DNA from: an uncultured SAR86 cluster bacterium
GTDB taxonomy: Bacteria > Pseudomonadota > Gammaproteobacteria > Magnimaribacterales > D2472
Direction: 5' to 3'
DNA: 64,000 bases
Assembly (NCBI GenBank): GCA_902541365.1
Contig: CACBQK010000001.1
Location: forward strand, 165,851-229,850
Position numbers and translations under genes: made by a program. Below are positions 10,391 to 20,939 of the stretch, piece after piece. The notes beneath the pieces were generated by a model. It saw only the letters and a list, made by a program, of their open reading frames with translations, was not told where the DNA came from and searched no databases. How positions within the stretch are numbered: the first letter of the stretch is position 1; each line of letters begins with the position of its first letter.

Positions 10391-12172
10391 GTGGGTTCTG
10401 AAGTAATAAAAATAGCAAATTGCAGTGGTTACTATGGTGACAGATTATCTGCTGCAAAAGAAATGGTTGAAGGAGGTCCGATTGACATCCTAACTGGTGA
10501 TTACTTGGCAGAACTTACAATGACTATTCTTTTTAACCAAAAGCTGAAAAGAGGAGATGATAAAGGATATGTTGGTACATTCCTTAAACAGCTAAAAGAT
10601 GTTGCAAAAACTTGTAAGGAAAAAGAAATAAAGATTGTTACTAATGCTGGAGGCTTAAATCCTAAGTCTATGGCAAATGAAATTCAAATTATTCTAAGTG
10701 AATTAGGTTTAGAGATGCAGGTTGCCTATATCGATGGCGATGATTTAATGCCAAGAATGAGCGATCTTCAAAATAGTGGTGAAGAGTTTATAAATATCGA
10801 TAAAGAAATCTCTCTTAAAGATTCTGGCTACACTACATTGACAGCTAATGCTTATCTTGGTGCATGGGGGATAAAAGAGGCTTTAGATAGAGGGGCTGAA
10901 ATTGTAGTTTGCCCTCGTGTCACAGATGCAGCAGTCGTAATTGGTCCAGCTGCGTGGAAATTTGATTGGAAAAGAGATGATTTTGATCAACTTGCAGGCG
11001 CTCTTGCTGCTGGCCACATTATTGAATGTGGCTGTCAGGCAACAGGAGGCAATTACGCTTTCTTTGAAGAAGTTCCAAGTTTCGAAAATGTTGGTTTCCC
11101 AATTGCTGAAATTCAATCTGATGGTAGTTTCTTTATAACAAAACATCCAGGTACTGGTGGCTTGGTCTCTATGGGAACTGTGACTGCTCAGCTTTTATAT
11201 GAGATTAGTTCACCTGCTTATATTAATCCTGATGTTGTAGCTCATTTTGATACATTAAAAATAGAGGATGTTGATAAAGATAGGGTCTTTGTTTCGGGCT
11301 GCAGAGGTAGCTCCCCTCCTAATAAGCATAAAGCATGTATTAATCTTGCTGGAGGTTATAGAAATGGTATGGATCTAATCTTAACTGGGCTTGATATTGA
11401 AAAAAAAGCTCAAGCATTTACAGATACTCTCTTTAATCTTGTTGGTGGTAGAGAGCAGTTTGATGAAGTACGAACAGATCTTCACAGAACGGATAAAGAA
11501 AATCCAAACTCAAATGAAGAGGCAATGGCAACACTTTCTCTTTCAGTAAAATCAAAGGATCCTGATTTGGTAGGAAGACTTTTTAGCGCAAAAATTGTTG
11601 AACTTTCTCTTGCTAACTATCCAGGCTTTTTTGCTCAAGGCGGTGTAAAGGCTAGCGGTCCTGTAATTGTTTATTGGCCTGCATTAGTAGAAAGTAAGCA
11701 TATTAAAGAAGTGGTTCACTTAAATGATGAGGTGTTCGAGATTACTCCAACAAGCGAGTTAGGACTCGATGATATTTACTATCAAAAAGAACCTGTAGAT
11801 ATTCTCCCCTGCCCTGAGGATGAATTAGAAAAAATAGCTTTTGGAAGGATTTTTGGGACTAGGTCTGGAGACAAAGGCGGATGTGCCAATTTAGGAGTAT
11901 GGGCAAAGACTGATATGGCTTTTTCTTTTCTTAGTTCTTATTTATCCGTTGAGAAGCTAAAAGAACTCCTCCCAGACTTATCTGAATTCAAAATTGAAAG
12001 ATATGATCTTCCAAATATAAAGTCATTAAATTTTTATATTCATGGCATTCTGGAAGATGGAATTTCTTCTAATAATAGAAAAGATGGACAAGCAAAATCA
12101 CTTGGTGAATACTTAAGAGCTAAACATATTGAAGTTCCTAAGATACTAAAAAAAGAAATTAAAAATGGATAA
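10391..12172 (+). CDS. atuA: AtuA-like protein (DUF1446, acyclic terpene utilisation family)
   Basis: GTG start. The N-terminus IKIANCSGYYGDRLSAAKEMVEGGPIDILTGDYLAELTM matches the DUF1446/AtuA signature as I remember it. Located inside a carboxylase/crotonase/ACAD cluster. Confidence 0.65.
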   Translation: MGSEVIKIANCSGYYGDRLSAAKEMVEGGPIDILTGDYLAELTMTILFNQKLKRGDDKGYVGTFLKQLKDVAKTCKEKEIKIVTNAGGLNPKSMANEIQIILSELGLEMQVAYIDGDDLMPRMSDLQNSGEEFINIDKEISLKDSGYTTLTANAYLGAWGIKEALDRGAEIVVCPRVTDAAVVIGPAAWKFDWKRDDFDQLAGALAAGHIIECGCQATGGNYAFFEEVPSFENVGFPIAEIQSDGSFFITKHPGTGGLVSMGTVTAQLLYEISSPAYINPDVVAHFDTLKIEDVDKDRVFVSGCRGSSPPNKHKACINLAGGYRNGMDLILTGLDIEKKAQAFTDTLFNLVGGREQFDEVRTDLHRTDKENPNSNEEAMATLSLSVKSKDPDLVGRLFSAKIVELSLANYPGFFAQGGVKASGPVIVYWPALVESKHIKEVVHLNDEVFEITPTSELGLDDIYYQKEPVDILPCPEDELEKIAFGRIFGTRSGDKGGCANLGVWAKTDMAFSFLSSYLSVEKLKELLPDLSEFKIERYDLPNIKSLNFYIHGILEDGISSNNRKDGQAKSLGEYLRAKHIEVPKILKKEIKNG

Positions 12173-12974
12173 TAAGAATTTATCTTTAGAAGGACTAATC
12201 TTTGAGGCAATTGAATTGTCGGTTGTAAATAATATTATGTGTATTACTCTGAATAGGCCAGAAAAAAAGAACGCCATTAATCCAGTAATGGCTAATGAAA
12301 TTATTTATTCGTTGGCATTTGCTGCCCAGGAAAGAGACATTAGAGTTGTAGTAATAAAAGCAAATGGTGATGTGTTTTGTGCTGGTGGTGATCTTGGTAC
12401 CATGTCGGGTAAATCATCTGAGAGCACCTCGAATGTGCCATCACTCGGGGGTGGAACTGAAGAAATAAGCCTTAGAATAAGAAGTTTGAATAAGCCAGTG
12501 ATTTGTGAAATACAGGGCCCTGTTCTTGCTGGCGCTCTTCTTATGGTTACAAATTCAACTCATGCAATTGCTGTTGAAGAAGCTACTTTTTCTGCACCTG
12601 AGATTAAAAGAGGAATTTGGCCTTTCATGGTTATGGCTGGTCTATTTAGAGTTATGCCTAAAAGACAAGGTCTAGATTTCATTATGAGAGGAAATAAAAT
12701 TAGTTCTCATGATGCAGAAAGATTTGGTCTTGTTAATAAGGTTGTTCATAAAGAGAAACTAAGTGAAGAAGTTAATAAGATTGCTGCCGAGCTTTCAAAA
12801 CTAGCTCCAGGAACAATGAAATTGGGACTTGAAGCATATAACCATCAAGATAAAATGGATTTTGATGAAGCTGTTCCTTTCCTTAAAGAGCAGCTAGAAA
12901 AATGTCTAAAAAGTGATGATGCAAAAGAGGGTATTACAGCATTTTTAGAAAAAAGAGATCCGGACTGGAAATAA
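12165..12974 (+). CDS. enoyl-CoA hydratase/isomerase (crotonase) family
   Basis: 269 aa. Oxyanion-hole region VFCAGGDL and a second helix GPVLAGAL. 8-nt overlap with the atuA-like gene. Confidence 0.8.
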   Translation: MDNKNLSLEGLIFEAIELSVVNNIMCITLNRPEKKNAINPVMANEIIYSLAFAAQERDIRVVVIKANGDVFCAGGDLGTMSGKSSESTSNVPSLGGGTEEISLRIRSLNKPVICEIQGPVLAGALLMVTNSTHAIAVEEATFSAPEIKRGIWPFMVMAGLFRVMPKRQGLDFIMRGNKISSHDAERFGLVNKVVHKEKLSEEVNKIAAELSKLAPGTMKLGLEAYNHQDKMDFDEAVPFLKEQLEKCLKSDDAKEGITAFLEKRDPDWK

Positions 12975-12978
12975 AAAA

Positions 12979-13386
12979 ATGAAAGTATTTAATAAATTAT
13001 CTCCCAATGATGAACAACTTAATGGTTTTGCGGAAGGAGACGTAGAGACTCCAATTGCTATGGTAAATCTCCTTAAATTTAAAGAAAAGGCAGAGTATGA
13101 AGATGGTAGAGATACTAATCTATCTGGTGCTGAGGCATATGCTATTTATGGAGAAAAAGTTCAAGAATGTCTTAAGAAGGTTGGTGCTGAACTTGTTTTC
13201 TCTGGTGTGGTTAGCAGACTAATGCTGGGAGAAGTTGAGGATCTATGGGACTCTGTTGCAATAGCAAGATATCCGAGTAGAAAAGCAATGCTCGAAATGA
13301 TTATGGATCCCTATTATCAAGAGATTGAAAAACACCGATCAGCAGGTCTTGAAGGTCAACTAAATATTGAAACAAAGGACTTCTAA
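12979..13386 (+). CDS. DUF1330 family protein
   Basis: 135 aa. Dimeric alpha-beta barrel-like pattern (IAMVNLLKFKEKAEYE...YG...ARYPSRKAM) resembling DUF1330. Function unknown. Confidence 0.5.
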   Translation: MKVFNKLSPNDEQLNGFAEGDVETPIAMVNLLKFKEKAEYEDGRDTNLSGAEAYAIYGEKVQECLKKVGAELVFSGVVSRLMLGEVEDLWDSVAIARYPSRKAMLEMIMDPYYQEIEKHRSAGLEGQLNIETKDF

Positions 13387-14612
13387 TGGATTTAAATTAT
13401 GGTCCACAATATGAAGATTTTAAAAAAGAGGTTCAATCTTTTTGCAATGAATATAAGGATCTAAGATTTGTCGATAGCTCCCAATCACCTCTTGCATCAG
13501 ATGGAAAAGGGAAACATGGTCCAGAGTTTACAAGAGCTAACTGGCAAAAGTTACTGATTGAAAGAGGATATTTTGCAAGGTCAGTACCAAAAGAATATGG
13601 AGGATATGGTGGCGATCCGGACATTATAAAATCAAGAATAATAGCAACAGAGTTCTCTAAAGCTAAAGTTCCCTCAGGAATGGGTGGACAAGGAATTGAT
13701 ATGCTTGTCCCTACTCTCTTGGAGCTCGGGACAGAAGAGCAAAAACAAAAATATATCATGCCAACCCTTCATGGGGAGATGATTTGGTGCCAAGGCTACT
13801 CTGAGCCCAATGCAGGAAGTGATCTTGCAAGTCTTCAGACAAAAGGAGAGCTCATTGATGATGAGTGGGTCATAAATGGCCAGAAAATCTGGACTAGTAC
13901 TGCCCAATATGCCCAAATGATGTTTTGTCTTGTGAGAACCGAACCTGATGCTCCTAAACATGGCGGTATTAGTTATTTGCTTATTCCAATGGATACACCA
14001 GGAATAGAAATAAGACCTTTAGTTGATATGACTTTAAAAGCTGGATTCAATGAGGTTTTTTTTACAGATGTGAAAGTTCCAGCAACGAATATTGTTGGAA
14101 ATAGAGGTGAAGGTTGGGCTGTTGCAAATGCAACCTTAAGCCATGAGAGAGGTTCTCTTGCTGACCCAAATGCCACAATGAATAGAATCAATATGCTTAT
14201 TGATCTAATGAAAGAAGAGTCAATTGATGGGAAGAAACTTATTGATATTCCAGTCTACAGAGATAAACTAATGGCGCTTCAAGGAAAAGTAGTTGCTTTT
14301 CAATCTCACAGTCTTAGAACTCTATCTTCAAAAATTAATCCTGGGCAAGATGTCAAACTAGGAAAAATGATCCAAAAATTGGTTGGGACTGAATTAAGGC
14401 ATGAACTAGAAGGATTTGCTATCGATATCATGGGAGAAATAGGAACATTATATGAACAAAGTCCCCTTTTAAGAGATGGCGGGAGTTGGCAATTCATATA
14501 CATGTATTTCTTAGGTCTAATAATTGGCGGCGGAACAAGTCAAATTCAAAAAAATATTATCTCTGAAAGAGGTCTTGGAATGCCCCGTGAACCGAAGGTT
14601 AAGGATAATTAA
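13386..14612 (+). CDS. acyl-CoA dehydrogenase
   Basis: 408 aa. WCQGYSEPNAGSDLASL, INGQKIWTS and C-terminal GGTSQIQKNIISERGLG. Confidence 0.85.
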   Translation: MDLNYGPQYEDFKKEVQSFCNEYKDLRFVDSSQSPLASDGKGKHGPEFTRANWQKLLIERGYFARSVPKEYGGYGGDPDIIKSRIIATEFSKAKVPSGMGGQGIDMLVPTLLELGTEEQKQKYIMPTLHGEMIWCQGYSEPNAGSDLASLQTKGELIDDEWVINGQKIWTSTAQYAQMMFCLVRTEPDAPKHGGISYLLIPMDTPGIEIRPLVDMTLKAGFNEVFFTDVKVPATNIVGNRGEGWAVANATLSHERGSLADPNATMNRINMLIDLMKEESIDGKKLIDIPVYRDKLMALQGKVVAFQSHSLRTLSSKINPGQDVKLGKMIQKLVGTELRHELEGFAIDIMGEIGTLYEQSPLLRDGGSWQFIYMYFLGLIIGGGTSQIQKNIISERGLGMPREPKVKDN

Positions 14613-14613
14613 A

Positions 14614-15702
14614 ATGTATTTTGGACTCTCAGAAGATCAAGAATTTTTTCAAGAAAACATAAAGAAATTCTTAGATGACAACGCATCAGTAGATGTTATA
14701 AGGAAGATTGCAACGGACCATCCTGAGCATCAGAAAGATATTCAAGAAGGTCTTGTTTCTCTTGGTATCAATAGCTTGTTAGTACCTGAAGAATACGGTG
14801 GGTTAGGTCTTAATATTCTTTTTGCAGCAGCTGTAAGTCAGGCATTAGGGTCAGGAATTGCGCCTTCTGCATTTATAGGATCATATGTTATGGCTCCAAT
14901 CGCTATTTTGAATGGTGGCTCTGAGGACCAAAAGAAACTTTATCTTCCTGATATGGCCTCTGGAAAAATTAGTTTTGCTGTGGGTTTTTCTGAATTCATT
15001 GGTGCCAGAGAAAATTGTGAGATTATCTTTAAAGATGGCAAATTAAATGGAAGATCAATTTTTGTATTAGATTCTAGAGATGCTTCTCATATTATGGTCG
15101 CTGACAAAGATGGAAAGATTTATATTGCATCTATGAACTCTGAGGGTTTAACTAAAAACCATCTCACTACTGTGGACAAAACTAGATCTTTTTCTGAAGT
15201 AATATTTAATGAAGTTGAAGTTGAATTACTAGAAAAATCTAAAGACACTCTTAATGCTATTCAAAAGTCTATAGATGCTGGAAGAGTAGCTTTAGCAGCA
15301 GATACTGTAGGTGCAGCTCAAGAAATGATAAATAAAGCTGTTGAGTACTCAAAGGAAAGAAAACAATTTGGTAGAGTTATAGGTTCATTTCAAGCCGTTA
15401 AGCATATGTGTGCTGAAATGACTGCGGATCTTGAGCCTTGCTATGCGATGGTTTGGCATGCAGCTCATTGCATAGATGAAGATGAAGAGGATTCAAGATT
15501 TATGTCATGTCATTCTAAAGCTCATACTTCTGAAGTTGGAAAGGTAATTGCAAAAAAAGCCACGGAAGTCCATGGCGGAATGGGGTTTACTGATTTGCTC
15601 GGGCTTCATTATTGGTTCAAGAGAATTGGTGTCAATAGGCAACTTCTTGGTGCTCCAGAGATTGTTAGAGAAGAAGCAGCTAAAATCCAGAAACTTATTT
15701 AA
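14614..15702 (+). CDS. acyl-CoA dehydrogenase (second copy)
   Basis: The ORF track starts at 14524, inside the previous gene. I place the start at ATG 14614 (MYFGLSEDQEFF), 2 nt after the upstream TAA and preceded by AAGGA. FGRVIGSFQAVKH and VHGGMGFTD are ACAD motifs. Confidence 0.8.
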   Translation: MYFGLSEDQEFFQENIKKFLDDNASVDVIRKIATDHPEHQKDIQEGLVSLGINSLLVPEEYGGLGLNILFAAAVSQALGSGIAPSAFIGSYVMAPIAILNGGSEDQKKLYLPDMASGKISFAVGFSEFIGARENCEIIFKDGKLNGRSIFVLDSRDASHIMVADKDGKIYIASMNSEGLTKNHLTTVDKTRSFSEVIFNEVEVELLEKSKDTLNAIQKSIDAGRVALAADTVGAAQEMINKAVEYSKERKQFGRVIGSFQAVKHMCAEMTADLEPCYAMVWHAAHCIDEDEEDSRFMSCHSKAHTSEVGKVIAKKATEVHGGMGFTDLLGLHYWFKRIGVNRQLLGAPEIVREEAAKIQKLI

Positions 15703-15704
15703 AA

Positions 15705-17774
15705 TTGAACAATATAACTAAAAATTTATTTTTATTAGCCTTTTTTGGGATATCTTTATTTGCATCTTCTGAAAAAGTTGATTTTTCAATTTCTGAAAAA
15801 TATCAAGATCTAAGCTCTGAGATTTTCAAGAACATATCCTCACATCACTATACAAGAGAAATTGATAAAGAAAGTTTTAATGATTTGTATATTGATGCCC
15901 TTCTAGAGGAATTAGATGGAAATAAAAATCTATTTTTAAGCTATGAAATAAAATCTTTCAAAAGAAAATCTTCTAATTACAAAAAAAATAGAGAGAATTT
16001 TGATATTAATTTGGCTTATGAAATACTCAACACCTATTTTAATAGGGTAATCGAAATTTCTGAATATCAAATCAAGTTAGCTCAAAAAGATAGCTTTGAT
16101 TTATCTATCGATGAGGGTATTGATATTTTTTATGATGATAATGAATATGCTTCTACTATGCTTGAGTTAAAAGAGAGATGGAGAAAAACAACAAAAAATG
16201 ATTTTATCGTTTCTGTTTTAGCAAAAGATGATGAAGATGAGATTATTTCTAATCTTACAAATAGGTATGAAAGAAGAATTAAAAGAGTCTTGCAAAGAAA
16301 AGATGAAGACATCTTCTTATTGGCAATAAATATAATGACTAGACAGTTTGATCCTCATTCAACATATTTATCTCCTTATAATGCAGAAGATTTTGAAATT
16401 GATATGAGTTTAAAGCTTGGCGGCATAGGTGCATTGCTTTCAAACTCTGCAACAGAGGACTATGCAATAATTGTAAGTCTTGTTCCAGGTGGTCCTGCAG
16501 AAAAAAATGGTGAACTGGAGCCTAATGACAAAATCGTAAAGATCAAACAACAAAATGAAGATATTTTTGAAGATGTAACTGGATGGAGGATTGATGAAGT
16601 TGTGCAAAAAGTTAGAGGGGAGCCTCAGACTTTCGTAACATTGGAGATCATACCAGGAGATGCTGAAGATAACAGTGTTCGTAAAATAGTTGAAATTGAG
16701 AGAGAGATAGTCGAATTAGAAGAGAGAGCAGCAAAATCAAAAATTTATTCCCTTTATAAGAATGGTAGTGAATATAAAATTGGAATTATTGATCTGCCCT
16801 CTTTTTATTTAGATTTTGAAGCTTGGCAAGCCAGGGATCCAAATTATAAAAGTAGTAGCAAGGATGTTAAAAATATTTTGGATGAATTTAAGAAACAATC
16901 AGTTGATGCAGTTTTGGTTGATCTTAGAAATAATTCTGGTGGAGCTCTTACGGAAGCAAATAAACTTACAGGGTTATTTACATCAGCTGGGGCTACGCTT
17001 CAAATCAAAGAATCTAATGGCAATATTATCCCCTGGGGTGATGCAAGAGTAAGGCAAGCTTGGTCAAAACCTATGGCGGTATTAGTTAATAGGTATTCTG
17101 CATCAGCTTCTGAAATATTTGCAGGTGCAATTCAAGATTATCAAAGAGGTCTAGTAATTGGACAGAGAACATTTGGAAAAGGCACAGTCCAAAGATTAGA
17201 TAATTTGTCTGAGGGGCAGTTAAAAATTACAGAGTCAAAGTTTTATAGAGTCAGTGGAGATAGTACTCAAAGCAGAGGCATAGATCCTGATATTGTTCTT
17301 CCATCAACCTGGGATATTGAAACAGTTGGTGAAAGTTCTCTTCCCACTCATTTGCCATGGGATAAAATAAAACCAACAAGATATAGAACCTTTACCGAGG
17401 ACTCAATTGCAATTGAAAAAACTATTGTTGCTTTTGAAGAACGTTTATCTACTGATCCAAATCTAATTTATTTAAAAGATGTTAGGTCACGCTATGATCA
17501 AAATAAAAATAAAATGGAACTATCTCTTAATATAGACGAAAGAAGGTCTGAGCAAGAAGAGAGAAAGCAATGGCTTCTTGAAGTAGAAAATAAAAGAAGG
17601 TCATCTCTTGGCATGGAAATTTTTAAAGATTACGAAAGCATGGATGAATTTAATGATAATTTTGATGCTGAGGATATTGATACAATTAGAGACTATACCT
17701 TGCTTCAAGGTATAGAAATTATTGGTGACTATATTGATTCAGAATCTAATTTTCTAAGCTGGAGAAACACTTAA
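15705..17774 (+). CDS. prc: tail-specific (C-terminal processing) protease, S41 family
   Basis: TTG start, signal peptide, PDZ region (LGGIGALL...GGPAEK) and an S41 catalytic region NRYSASASEIFAGAIQDYQRGLVIGQRTFGKGTVQ. Confidence 0.85.
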   Translation: MNNITKNLFLLAFFGISLFASSEKVDFSISEKYQDLSSEIFKNISSHHYTREIDKESFNDLYIDALLEELDGNKNLFLSYEIKSFKRKSSNYKKNRENFDINLAYEILNTYFNRVIEISEYQIKLAQKDSFDLSIDEGIDIFYDDNEYASTMLELKERWRKTTKNDFIVSVLAKDDEDEIISNLTNRYERRIKRVLQRKDEDIFLLAINIMTRQFDPHSTYLSPYNAEDFEIDMSLKLGGIGALLSNSATEDYAIIVSLVPGGPAEKNGELEPNDKIVKIKQQNEDIFEDVTGWRIDEVVQKVRGEPQTFVTLEIIPGDAEDNSVRKIVEIEREIVELEERAAKSKIYSLYKNGSEYKIGIIDLPSFYLDFEAWQARDPNYKSSSKDVKNILDEFKKQSVDAVLVDLRNNSGGALTEANKLTGLFTSAGATLQIKESNGNIIPWGDARVRQAWSKPMAVLVNRYSASASEIFAGAIQDYQRGLVIGQRTFGKGTVQRLDNLSEGQLKITESKFYRVSGDSTQSRGIDPDIVLPSTWDIETVGESSLPTHLPWDKIKPTRYRTFTEDSIAIEKTIVAFEERLSTDPNLIYLKDVRSRYDQNKNKMELSLNIDERRSEQEERKQWLLEVENKRRSSLGMEIFKDYESMDEFNDNFDAEDIDTIRDYTLLQGIEIIGDYIDSESNFLSWRNT

Positions 17775-18577
17775 TGAAATGTATATCATTTAATATTAAT
17801 AGCGTTCGTGCTCGGCCTCATCAACTCATTCACCTTAGAGATAACCTTGGTCCAGATGTTATAGGCCTTCAAGAAACAAAAGTTGATGATCCTGAATTTC
17901 CCATGGAGGAAATTAATAAAATTGGTTATCACGCAGAGCATTGGGGTGGCAAAGGTCATTATGGTGTTGCGTTACTTAGCAAAGAAAAGCCAATTTTTGT
18001 TCAAAAGGGTTTTCCAGATGATGATGAGGATGAGCAAAAAAGGTTCATACACTGCACTTATAAAATAGGAAAAAAAGAATTTGATATCTTGAATGGTTAT
18101 TTCCCGCAAGGAGAAAATAGAGAGCACCCCACAAAGTTTCCTAAAAAAGTTAAGTATTACAAAGATTTAGAGAAGTACATACAAAATCTTGATAAAGAAA
18201 ATATTATTCTAATGGGTGACTTCAATGTAGCTCCTGAAGATGAGGATATAGGCATTGGTGATGTAAATGCAAAAAGATGGTTAAGAGAGGGAAAATGTGC
18301 TTTTCTTCCTGAAGAGAGAGAAATGTGGTTTAAGATCCTAAACATGGGATTTACTGATAGCTGGAGATCTCAAAATCCTGGAATAAATGATAAATATACT
18401 TGGTTTGATTATAGATCAAGGATGTTTGATCAAGATCCCAAAAGAGGTTTAAGGATTGATCAAATACTCGTATCAGAGTCTCTAAAAAGCTCTATTAAGA
18501 CCACTGGCATGGATTATGATGCTCGTGCCATGGAAAAGCCATCTGATCACTGCCCTATTTGGCTAGAGTTGGCTTAA
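17774..18577 (+). CDS. xthA: exodeoxyribonuclease III
   Basis: 267 aa. SFNINSVRAR, LQETK, MGDFNVAP and C-terminal PSDHCPIW are the EEP/ExoIII catalytic motifs. Confidence 0.9.
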   Translation: MKCISFNINSVRARPHQLIHLRDNLGPDVIGLQETKVDDPEFPMEEINKIGYHAEHWGGKGHYGVALLSKEKPIFVQKGFPDDDEDEQKRFIHCTYKIGKKEFDILNGYFPQGENREHPTKFPKKVKYYKDLEKYIQNLDKENIILMGDFNVAPEDEDIGIGDVNAKRWLREGKCAFLPEEREMWFKILNMGFTDSWRSQNPGINDKYTWFDYRSRMFDQDPKRGLRIDQILVSESLKSSIKTTGMDYDARAMEKPSDHCPIWLELA

Positions 18578-19021
18578 TTAACGCTTTGCTCTGAAAAATC
18601 TTTGAATGATCTCTTTGCATTCACTCTCTAAAATTCCAATCTCATAATGAGTCTTATGATTATGAAATGGCTTATCAAGAAAGTTATCTTGCGAAACTAT
18701 TGATCCTTCTTTTGGTTCCTTAGCTCCGATATAAAGATTATCTATTCTTGAAGCAACAATTGCCTTAGCGCATAAGTGGCATGGCTCGATAGTTGAATAA
18801 ATATCACACCCAATTAATCTATAATTCTGTTCTTTCTTTGATGCCATGTTAATAGCTTCAATTTCAGCATGGGCAAAGACCGAATTTTTTTCTATTGTTC
18901 TATTTTGACCATATCCAATAATTTCATTGTTTTTCACCACAACTGCGCCTATTGGAACTTCATCTTTTTCGAAAGCTATCTTAGCCCTTATTAGAGCTTC
19001 TTTCATAAATAGTTCTTTCAT
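18578..19021 (-). CDS. tadA: tRNA-specific adenosine deaminase
   Basis: 147 aa. Zinc motifs HAEIEAI and PCHLCAKAI. N-terminus MKEALIRAKIAFEKDEVPIGAVVV. Confidence 0.85.
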   Translation of the reverse strand: MKELFMKEALIRAKIAFEKDEVPIGAVVVKNNEIIGYGQNRTIEKNSVFAHAEIEAINMASKKEQNYRLIGCDIYSTIEPCHLCAKAIVASRIDNLYIGAKEPKEGSIVSQDNFLDKPFHNHKTHYEIGILESECKEIIQRFFRAKR

Positions 19022-20410
19022 TTAATTATTTGAACTAGCAAAAAAGCTTTGAAGCTTTTCTAGTATCTTTTTTTGGGAACCCTCAGCAGTTTCCATCTTA
19101 GAAATAAGTTCCTCATAAGCTTTTGCGGCATCTGGCCATGGACCCTCTTCGTTAAACCTTTTATGTATTAATTCTGAAATATTTTTTTCAATCTTGCTAT
19201 CAATCCTGTCAGGGAAATGAAGGTATAAGATTCTTTTAGCGAATTCTCTATATCTATCATCTTTTATTCTGATAGCAATATTATGTTTCGTTTCAAAATC
19301 TTCAGATTTATGAAATTCTTGAAACAATCTTGAATCGTCAGGTGATGGAAATCCTTCATAAACCTGTTGTTCAATAAAGTCCTTTGCAGGATAAAATGGC
19401 TTATCTATATCTGAACAAGCAGCAACTATTCTCTCTTTAAATTCAAAATTCTCTTTTATCTTTTTAGCCCTTGATACAAGCTCATCCTGAGTTAAGTCAA
19501 ATTTGAAATCAAATTTCTCACCATCGGCCACTGCTTGAGACTTATTTATTGCTAATACTTTAAAAGGTGACTCAGCATTCGGTTTTTCAATATAAGAAAT
19601 GAGTTCATGGTATTCAAGCTCAAGGATATCCTCGATTGGATAAGACAGGTCTAAGAAAATTGCTTTATTTGGAGACTCTGGATTCTGACAAATAAATGTT
19701 AGTGGATATATAAACCTGTATCTCGGGCCCCTTTGCACATAACCAAAATAGTTTCTGGTTGAAAGCATTTCTATGAAACTTGCTTTTGTTGCTTGAAGAA
19801 AAAAATCTTCAACTAAATCAGAATGCTCTGAATAAATGTACTTAATAAGATGCACCATGAATTCACAATCTGTAAGAGCATCGTGAGCATCTGATACATC
19901 AATACCAATTTTTGGAAGAATCTGATCAAGTTTTAGTATTGGTAAATCATAATTATTCATATTGAACTTAATAAAGTCAGGATAGAGATAGGAAACTAAC
20001 AAAATTAAGAAATATAAGTCGCTTCTACCATTTCCATTTGTGTTTGTAATATATGGTGGCAATAGATTCCAATAGAACTGTCTTCTATATAGCTCTTCGT
20101 CAAACTGATGACCGTTGTAGGTTATAAAAATCGACTGTTTATCATCACTCCATTTCTCCCAAGTATCATATATATCTTTCATCATTTGATAATGAGATAT
20201 ATTTGAATCTAGACTTGAAACCTTTTTGTGAACTAAATAAGCGCCAGGTTGAGGAACGACCCACGGTAGTGGCCTAGATTCAATATTCTGAGCATCAATT
20301 CTTTCAAAACTCTCATCTGTTAAGATTGAGGCAGATTGAATTATTTGTATAAAATCTTTTTCCCTTAAGCCTGTGGTTTCAGTATCACTAAAAATGAAGT
20401 TTTTTTGCAT
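19022..20410 (-). CDS. sbcB: exodeoxyribonuclease I
   Basis: 462 aa. DnaQ-type ExoI motif FSDTETTG, YNGHQFDEE and AHDALTDC. The C-terminal part aligns by eye with E. coli SbcB (QVYEGF...DDRYREFAKRILYLHFP). Confidence 0.8.
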   Translation of the reverse strand: MQKNFIFSDTETTGLREKDFIQIIQSASILTDESFERIDAQNIESRPLPWVVPQPGAYLVHKKVSSLDSNISHYQMMKDIYDTWEKWSDDKQSIFITYNGHQFDEELYRRQFYWNLLPPYITNTNGNGRSDLYFLILLVSYLYPDFIKFNMNNYDLPILKLDQILPKIGIDVSDAHDALTDCEFMVHLIKYIYSEHSDLVEDFFLQATKASFIEMLSTRNYFGYVQRGPRYRFIYPLTFICQNPESPNKAIFLDLSYPIEDILELEYHELISYIEKPNAESPFKVLAINKSQAVADGEKFDFKFDLTQDELVSRAKKIKENFEFKERIVAACSDIDKPFYPAKDFIEQQVYEGFPSPDDSRLFQEFHKSEDFETKHNIAIRIKDDRYREFAKRILYLHFPDRIDSKIEKNISELIHKRFNEEGPWPDAAKAYEELISKMETAEGSQKKILEKLQSFFASSNN

Positions 20411-20935
20411 CTATGCGTCTATTTCTGAATCTATTAAAACAGCTATAAATAGAGCAGGTTCATTTCCATTATTCCGCCATGCATGATTTGTTCCTCTTTG
20501 AACAACAGTATCAAAAGGTTTAAGGTCTATTTCATCCTCATCGAGCATGAGGGTAACGTCACCTTTTAGTAGAATAATATAATCAATACTGTCTGTCTTA
20601 TGCATTGCTGGATGCTTTGATACATCAACTCTGCAATGAGATGCTTTGATCTTATCAAATGCATCTGCAGCCATTTCATTTAAAATTTCAACTGGAACAC
20701 CTTCTGGAGTGGGGTTAATTTGAAAGTATCTAAATTTCGTTCCTCCCTTTGAAGGTTCAAGCTCTATATCGATATCAGCTTTATCCTCAAAACCCTTTGT
20801 TGTAAAGGGAGTTGATTCAGTATTCCAAATCTCATATAGGCCTCCAACATCTTCACCAATGGATCTGGCTGGCGGCCCTTCATGCATTACAACTGATTTT
20901 CCTTCTGCATTATGTCCTGTAATAATTCTTCTCAT
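20411..20935 (-). CDS. cupin-domain protein
   Basis: 174 aa. Cupin_2-like core HKTDSIDYIILLKGDVTLMLDE...DTVVQRGTNHAWRNNGNEP. Confidence 0.6.
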   Translation of the reverse strand: MRRIITGHNAEGKSVVMHEGPPARSIGEDVGGLYEIWNTESTPFTTKGFEDKADIDIELEPSKGGTKFRYFQINPTPEGVPVEILNEMAADAFDKIKASHCRVDVSKHPAMHKTDSIDYIILLKGDVTLMLDEDEIDLKPFDTVVQRGTNHAWRNNGNEPALFIAVLIDSEIDA

Positions 20936-20939
20936 TTAT

